From contig OX337240.1 of assembly GCA_946965045.2 (NCBI GenBank), positions 2,480,001-2,544,000 of the forward strand: a stretch of DNA of 64,000 nt, written 5' to 3'. Positions 58,138 to 64,000 of the stretch are shown piece by piece (the stretch's first letter is position 1; each line of letters begins with the position of its first letter). The notes under the pieces are model-generated. The model saw only the letters and a list, made by a program, of their open reading frames with translations, searched no databases and was not told the origin of the DNA. The stretch comes from Epithemia pelagica (Eukaryota > Protista > Bacillariophyta). The position numbers and the translations under genes are program-made.

Positions 58138-60760
58138 ATGGAAGGAGTCCAAGATACCGTTTGGACATTGGAAGATCCTTCCAGGAGGGATCCCCCTTCC
58201 TCCAACAAGAACAAATCTTCTTCCAACAAGAACAAGCCACGGCCCTCATCCAGTAAGAAGACGACTTCCAGTTCAAAGAAGAAAAAGAAGAAGAAGCCTC
58301 CTCCTGCAGGTTCCAACGAATTGAAACGAAAACCCTCTGCACTCGAAGCCGAGAAGAAAATTGTTGAGAAAGAGCTTGCACCAGTTGTGGAAGCCAAAGA
58401 TGATTTCTTGGCAAATGAGAAATCTCTTGTTCCTCTTCTTGATTCTCCAAATCCATTATTCTTCGGCCATCCTAGTTGTTCACCGTACTGGCGTTGGATC
58501 CTTCATGTTGACTGGCCGGTGTTTGAACAATATCTGATCGATAACTCGGATGATATTCCCCAAACCCCCGGCATTCTCAAGCTGATAAACAACATGAAGA
58601 CCAAAACCAAAATAGGAGACATGAAGAATCTCAAGTCGGCATTGACTCCCCAAGCCAAGAATAAAGCCATGAAAGAGAAATACTCAAATCTTGTCCGTTA
58701 TGTTGTCATCTGCCCACGCTGTTTTGCGAACAAAGACAAACCACTGGACGAATGTATCCTACTTTGTGGGCTTAACAAAACATCCAACATAGCAACTCAT
58801 ATCGGCAAGTACCACAAAGATGTTCAAATTCAAGACGACGCCGATGATCCCTCTCCGATGAAAAGCCAAGGCACGCTAAGCTCCATGGTCATAAAGGATG
58901 CATCCAAATCTACTGCTTCTGCGGAACTAAGGCAGCTCATGTATCGGTTCATCAATGACTGTGCACTACCGGCAATTACGGCCGAGAAAAAAGAATTCCG
59001 AGATCTCATCCGGTACGCAATCAACAACAGTGCTGCTCTCCGCGACACACCGGCAGAGATCATGAGCCGGTGGGAAATTTCCAAACTTCGTATCTCTTCC
59101 TACGAAAGTTTTTTCGGTGTGGCGACGAACCTTATCAATGCCTGTCGCTCTGAATACGAACGATTGTGCTACCAGAAGGTTCCTTTTATCTCCGTGTGCC
59201 CTGATATTTGGCAAGCGAGGGACCATGACGTCCTTGGGGTTACAATAATGTTCATAGACCCTCACAACTGCGAGGTCTATCGCATCCCCATTGGTCTTGC
59301 AGAATGCAAAGGACACGCAGCAACGGACGTGGCAAACCTAACTGATGTTCTCCTTCTTGGCGTTGGCATCACTACAGGAGATCTGTCGGCCTCTGTGAAT
59401 GACAACACGACGGCCACTGTGTTGGCGGGCAAGTACATAGTGGGCCAAAAGGATAAGACTGGAAAGTGTGATATGCACAAGGCTGAACTTGTGCTAAAGC
59501 ACGCCACGGGGTTAGTTCAACGCTACCACAATCGCCAGCTCATGGATTCTAACACGGAGTTTCTTGAGCTATGGCAAATCTTCAAACAATTTGCGTCGTG
59601 GTTGACCAGCAAAAAATCTCCAAAGCGAATGAGAAAGTTTCGAGAGGCCTGTATTGCGATGGGAATGAAGATTGTTTCTATTCCACTCCCAAATGACACT
59701 CGAGTTGCAGGACTTATCCTAACAATTCAAGCCTTGCTACGATGCAAATTTGTCATGGATAACTACTCTACTCTGACTGCTTTCCGGAGCGACCCAAAGT
59801 TCAAAAAGCTATATCCAGAGGAAAAGGAATGGAAGTTACTTGCTCAGAACGAGGGAATCCTTGCTCCCTTGAAACAAGTGTCCATGTCTTTACAATCTGA
59901 TGAACCAGGAGCAAGTTCCGCGGCCCTGCTTGAAATCTATTGCGCTTATTTTCAAGCAACAACTATGCGCAGTGACAGTAAAGAGTATGGTGGTGTCTCC
60001 TGCTTGAATGTGTCTAGTGGAGCCGAGACTCAATGGGACGCTCGTGATACCATGGACGATCTAGACAGACTGCGCGATCCGATTTCTCTACAAGGATTTA
60101 GAGGCTGGACCACGCCGCCTAATTCGCCGGATTATCGCAGAGTACAAGCATTACTTATTCCATCATGACGAAGATGGAATAAAAGCTGTTTGTGCTAATC
60201 CTCTATTGGGAAATGTATACGAGAATATGTTCGTGAATTTCGGCGTTTTTGATCAAGACACCGTCAAAGAGTGTCGTAGGATCATCATCAAAGACGTGGT
60301 CGCCAAATTCAGCAACAAGAGTGTCTCTCAGATTGGACTTGCGCTCTCTAAACAAGGGGCCACGGGGAGAGAAGGTGATGACGATGAGAATGTTGAAGAA
60401 CAGGCGATGTCCCCTTCCAGAAAAACTATTCGGCACAAAACCCGTGATGTATTTGCGAACATGAGGCGCTCGCATGACCTACAACAACAAGCGTTACTGC
60501 ATCTTAGTGGCAAGGCATCCAACGCTGCCTCTGAAAACGAAATGGTGATGGCCTTACAGAAAGCTTGTACATCATGCTACGACGAATTTCGCGAACATTG
60601 CAAGGGTCACATAGACAACCATTGGGATCAAATGATGGAAGACTATGGAACTCTAGCCTTCTATAAGGCTCGCGACCGCTGGAACGATAATCAGAAGAGA
60701 AAGTCAGAGAGTTGTCAACTCTCTGACTTTGGTTTGGTTGAGTGTAAGGACGGCAAATAA
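58138..60760 (+). pseudogene. hAT transposase with BED-like zinc finger; +1 frameshift at ~60095 and apparent C-terminal truncation
   Basis: CPRC..NIATHIGKYH, FINDCALP..EFRDL, CPDIWQ (first D), NDN, CDMH (CxxH), PNDTRV and LAPLKQVSMSLQ. The C-terminal catalytic E / dimerisation motif was not seen before the TIR. Confidence 0.85.
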
Positions 60761-60834
60761 TTGCGCCTTTTTCCAAACAAATCCTGGAAAGGTCTTCACA
60801 GGTTTGGTTTGGTTTGCCGTAAGGAACGGCCTGA

Positions 60835-60872
60835 GGCCGTTCGACCAGGACTCACCCTTCCGCTAGGGGGTA
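60835..60872. mobile_element. Outer half of the older Academ-like TIR relic
   Basis: CGACCAGGACTCACCCTTCCGCTAGGGGGTA aligns with CGACCAGATTCTCGCCCCTGCTTGGGGGTA (53361-53390). Confidence 0.6.
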
Positions 60873-61100
60873 CGTCCTACTGAAATTGTATAGTGTTTCT
60901 AGCAGAGGTATGTCCGGAGTCTTTGTTGTTTTCCCACCCCCAGACCCCCTTTAGCCTGCCGGCTTACCCGACTCCGTTCTTTGAACTCAGTCGAACACAA
61001 CCAATAGTCACTTCTTTCTTGTGCATGACGATTAACAGTCTCAAGTCTTTTGTTTTGTTGTTGTGTTGTTGTTGCTGAAATATTATTAGTTCATTTGACC

Positions 61101-63173
61101 ATGTCAGACCCTGCCAGTAAATCAAACATGCCTGACACGATGGAGGAAACAGATGCGACGCCCGTCACCCCTGTCAGGAGATCTCCCGATATGGCTGCAG
61201 TGGTAGAAACCATGGCTTCATTGCTGGCAGCTCCTGATGACAATGCATCCGCCTTGAGGACTGATCTTGAGGCCATGTTCTCGTCGTGGAAAGTCACTCG
61301 TTGGGAAGACTTGATGGCTGTAAAGGACACGGACGTGGAAGATTATATTGCAGACAAAAAGCCTGAACAGCTCTCCCCCCTTATCATCGAGAGGCGTTTG
61401 GGTTACCTGGTCCGGTATGCCAAGCTTGATAAGCCCTTGACTAGCGCTCTCACGATGGCTTCTGTGATTCGGGAGGTGGATAAACAGCAGCATCAGCTGC
61501 GACGGGTTGCAGCAGCGTCACAACAGCAGCAACCGTTGACGCTGTACAACTTGGTGTTTCGAGCCATCCCAACGGGCAGCTCGGGTGTGCCCCACATCCA
61601 TGAAGATCTTGAAGAGTTCCGCATGGAGGAATTACAATTGTTGCAAGTGCAAGAGTACACCAAGCCGCTGATTCGTCGTCTCCATTTACCTCGGGGGAAG
61701 GGAAAAATCTACTACAGCCGCGAAAATCAGGTGCAGGCTCATTTGGAGACTTTGGTTACTGACGTGATTGACAGCTGCAAATATGGCCTAACAACAGACA
61801 CAGAAGCGGCCTTGAACGGACTGAAAGTGGATATTGGCTTTCTCCGGGACGACAACGACGACCTTTGTGGCACAATGGAAGTCAAACAACCATATAGAAG
61901 ATTAGCTCAACCTCCGGATCCAGATCCTATGACCCATCCGAAGGTTGTCACGCAGGTGTTATCTCAGATGATACCACTTCGCACTGTGTATGGAGTGAAG
62001 AACGTGTACGGCATTCTTTCTACGTACTCATCATGGCGATTCTTTCGTTGGTTGCCCTCCGAGGAGGATGAAATTCGTGCGGACGAATCATTGGAAGAGT
62101 CTGAAATCACAAAAAAGCTGGAAAACCTTGGTATGTCTGATAATAAAATTGAGGAGGGCTCGTCGGTCGTAGAAGCGTCGCAATATCGTACGCCCCGTAA
62201 GGCAAGGAGCGGCACCTTGGGACCTCGCAACTCTCCTCCGACGTCACCCAAGCCATATTGCGACTGTGATCAAACGGAACAAGACGGAGACGAGGATCAA
62301 GAATCTGATGGTGACACTACGACTAAGCGTGGCATACTATATGCATCAGAGGTAATATCAGACGCTCCAAAGGCACTGCGAGTTTTGGCGTGGGTGTTGG
62401 GAGAAATGTACCGCTCCCCGAGGCAGTACGTCCCCTCCCATCAACGCGATTTCCTCTATGTTGTCAAGAAAGGGGAGGACGACATCGTAGGGGGCTACGA
62501 ACGCGTTCCACACGACGCGGAGTTTTACAAAGGACGCATGCCACGATTGGATGTTGAGAAACTGTATATCTTGGAAGAACTCGGCCACAGGTCGCATGGA
62601 AGAGTCTTTCGTGCAATGAGTAAGGGCGGCAATCTCTGCGTGATCAAGTACTTTGTCAAGTCCCAATACGCTCTGAACGAGAATGGCAAACGCGTACAAT
62701 TTGATGCAAGAGCTGCAGCACAGAAATCTGTTTCGTATTGGAACGCAGTATACGCCCACAACTGGCTACCAGCGGCAAGATTTGGGACATGGGGTGGGGG
62801 CGATGCTATCCTTATGCCTGATTTGGAGAAAATACCAGTGATGGAGGCAGAAGAGCGAGTTGTTGTCATGAACAAGCTGGAAGAGACGATGAAAGAAAGG
62901 TTCCACCGGAGGGGCATCTGGCATGATGATCCGGCATGGCGCAATGTTGCACTTGTTCGCAACCAACTTGGTCGCATTACAAAAGTCTGCATGATTGATT
63001 TGGAACCTGCCCGTATGATAGAGAAGGTTGAATCAGACAAGTGGGGGGAGTTTAAGACAATGTGGGGGGAGTTCCAGAAGGTGCTCGACGCAGATTGGGA
63101 CAATTTCAAAGCTACCTTTATCACTCCTCGTCGTGCCATTCCCTACTTTCACCCCCAAATAGATAAGCCCTAA
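61101..63173 (+). CDS. CRN-like nuclease-kinase, copy 2, with a different ~130 aa N-terminal head
   Basis: Nearly identical to 37268..39049 from QHQLRRVAAAS onward (61488 vs 37397). The head is unrelated, and the C-terminal end is altered by an insertion. Confidence 0.7.
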   Translation: MSDPASKSNMPDTMEETDATPVTPVRRSPDMAAVVETMASLLAAPDDNASALRTDLEAMFSSWKVTRWEDLMAVKDTDVEDYIADKKPEQLSPLIIERRLGYLVRYAKLDKPLTSALTMASVIREVDKQQHQLRRVAAASQQQQPLTLYNLVFRAIPTGSSGVPHIHEDLEEFRMEELQLLQVQEYTKPLIRRLHLPRGKGKIYYSRENQVQAHLETLVTDVIDSCKYGLTTDTEAALNGLKVDIGFLRDDNDDLCGTMEVKQPYRRLAQPPDPDPMTHPKVVTQVLSQMIPLRTVYGVKNVYGILSTYSSWRFFRWLPSEEDEIRADESLEESEITKKLENLGMSDNKIEEGSSVVEASQYRTPRKARSGTLGPRNSPPTSPKPYCDCDQTEQDGDEDQESDGDTTTKRGILYASEVISDAPKALRVLAWVLGEMYRSPRQYVPSHQRDFLYVVKKGEDDIVGGYERVPHDAEFYKGRMPRLDVEKLYILEELGHRSHGRVFRAMSKGGNLCVIKYFVKSQYALNENGKRVQFDARAAAQKSVSYWNAVYAHNWLPAARFGTWGGGDAILMPDLEKIPVMEAEERVVVMNKLEETMKERFHRRGIWHDDPAWRNVALVRNQLGRITKVCMIDLEPARMIEKVESDKWGEFKTMWGEFQKVLDADWDNFKATFITPRRAIPYFHPQIDKP

Positions 63174-63393
63174 AAACTACTGTACTTGGATTTTTATTTT
63201 AGTGTAAGAATGTAGAATAGCCCAAAACGGAAAAGTAGCACCCACAGAAAAGTAGCACCCACAGAAACGGAACGCGCCAAAAACGGAAACAGTCGAAAAC
63301 GGACAGAAACGGACAGTCAACCAGCAACAGACCAACAGACATAGGGGCAACATGACAAAAGGCGGAGACAACGGACAGAGACAGTTACGTAAA
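63116..63393. other. ~280 bp insertion absent from copy 1, with short tandem motifs
   Basis: Lies between AAAGCTAC and TATTGACAGGAA, which are 2 bp apart in copy 1. Contains AGAAAAGTAGCACCCAC twice and several AACGGA(CAG) motifs. Confidence 0.7.
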
Positions 63394-64000
63394 TATTGAC
63401 AGGAAGCTCAAACTCTTCACGTGATTCGAGCACCACGGACCAATACTGTTGCGCCTTGAGATTGCACCAGATGAGTCTCGATCTTTTACCTCTACTTCTT
63501 CAAAAGTACAGGCAGAAAAATCCCTATAGGCGCGTTCTCACTGCATCCTTCTTGAAGGAACGAAAAGTGATGGAGGTCAAGGTGTGGTATTCTCTGAAGG
63601 AAATTAAGGACAGAGATGCTTCCCTTCCCCACTTTATACATCACGGAAAGGATATTCCGTTCCAGCTATGCGAACTCTACCTCTACGACGGACCTCCTGA
63701 CATGGTTCCCATGGGGAACACCCGAATGGTTGCCTTCTCTTACCACAACTCGGGTTGGTTTGAAACGATGAGGAAGGGCCAGCATCGCGTGCGACTCTAC
63801 ATGCCCATGTCGACTCCTCTGTCTGAACTCAAGGAAGCCGTTTATGTGCTTGGTCTAGAAGTGTCCCCAGAACAATTGCTTGGAAGGATTGAACTCTTCG
63901 GGGGCACTGGAGGGCAAGGAAGCCATCGATGCCACTTTGGGCAAGATAGAATCGTTGGATTACGTGTCAAGGTGCTTCGAGGGAAAGGTGGACTTGGAGA
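63394..64000 (+). pseudogene. CRN-like NTPase relic, copy 2 (runs off the window)
   Basis: Near-identical to ~39100-39675. Confidence 0.7.

Larger units (their letters stand above)
53394..60834 (+). mobile_element. hAT-superfamily DNA transposon (defective); original left end at 49905 before the Academ-like insertion
   Basis: Perfect 29 bp TIR TCAGGCCGTTCCTTACGGCAAACCAAACC at 53394-53422 and 60806-60834. Subterminal CAGGTTTGG/CCAAACCTG motifs and a hAT transposase inside. No 8 bp TSD found. Confidence 0.85.

Noticed and set aside
49897-60842. 8 bp target-site duplication for the hAT element
   Set aside because: The flanks (GGTGAGTA vs GGCCGTTC) do not match, so no TSD is claimed.

Overview
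Eukaryotic genomic DNA, most likely from a pennate diatom. This is inferred from RXL-motif membrane proteins, a bacterial-type glucokinase, short GT-AG introns with GTACG/GTAAG donors, and CAA/GTT microsatellite-rich low-complexity ORFs. The left part has CDC123, a Crinkler (CRN)-like NTPase-nuclease, and a ~10 kb metabolic segment: two tandem fatty-acid-hydroxylase/sterol-desaturase-family genes, a PC-esterase/TBL-like protein, glucokinase and farnesyl diphosphate synthase. That segment is bracketed by a ~3 kb inverted duplication. The middle is a fast-evolving, duplication-rich zone with about 7 Kelch-only genes or relics, a decayed LRR gene, a CRN-like nuclease-kinase plus NTPase relic, and JMJD6-like and NDUFAF5-like pseudogenes. 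The right part is a four-layer transposon nest followed by a second copy of the CRN-like kinase with a different N-terminal head. The most novel item is a 3.5 kb element at 49912-53390. It has composite ~110 bp TIRs, a perfect 10 bp target-site duplication, and two convergent ORFs (a RecQ-type helicase and an unknown 665 aa protein), resembling an internally deleted AcademH-like transposon. All family assignments come from motif recognition by eye; no database searches were run.
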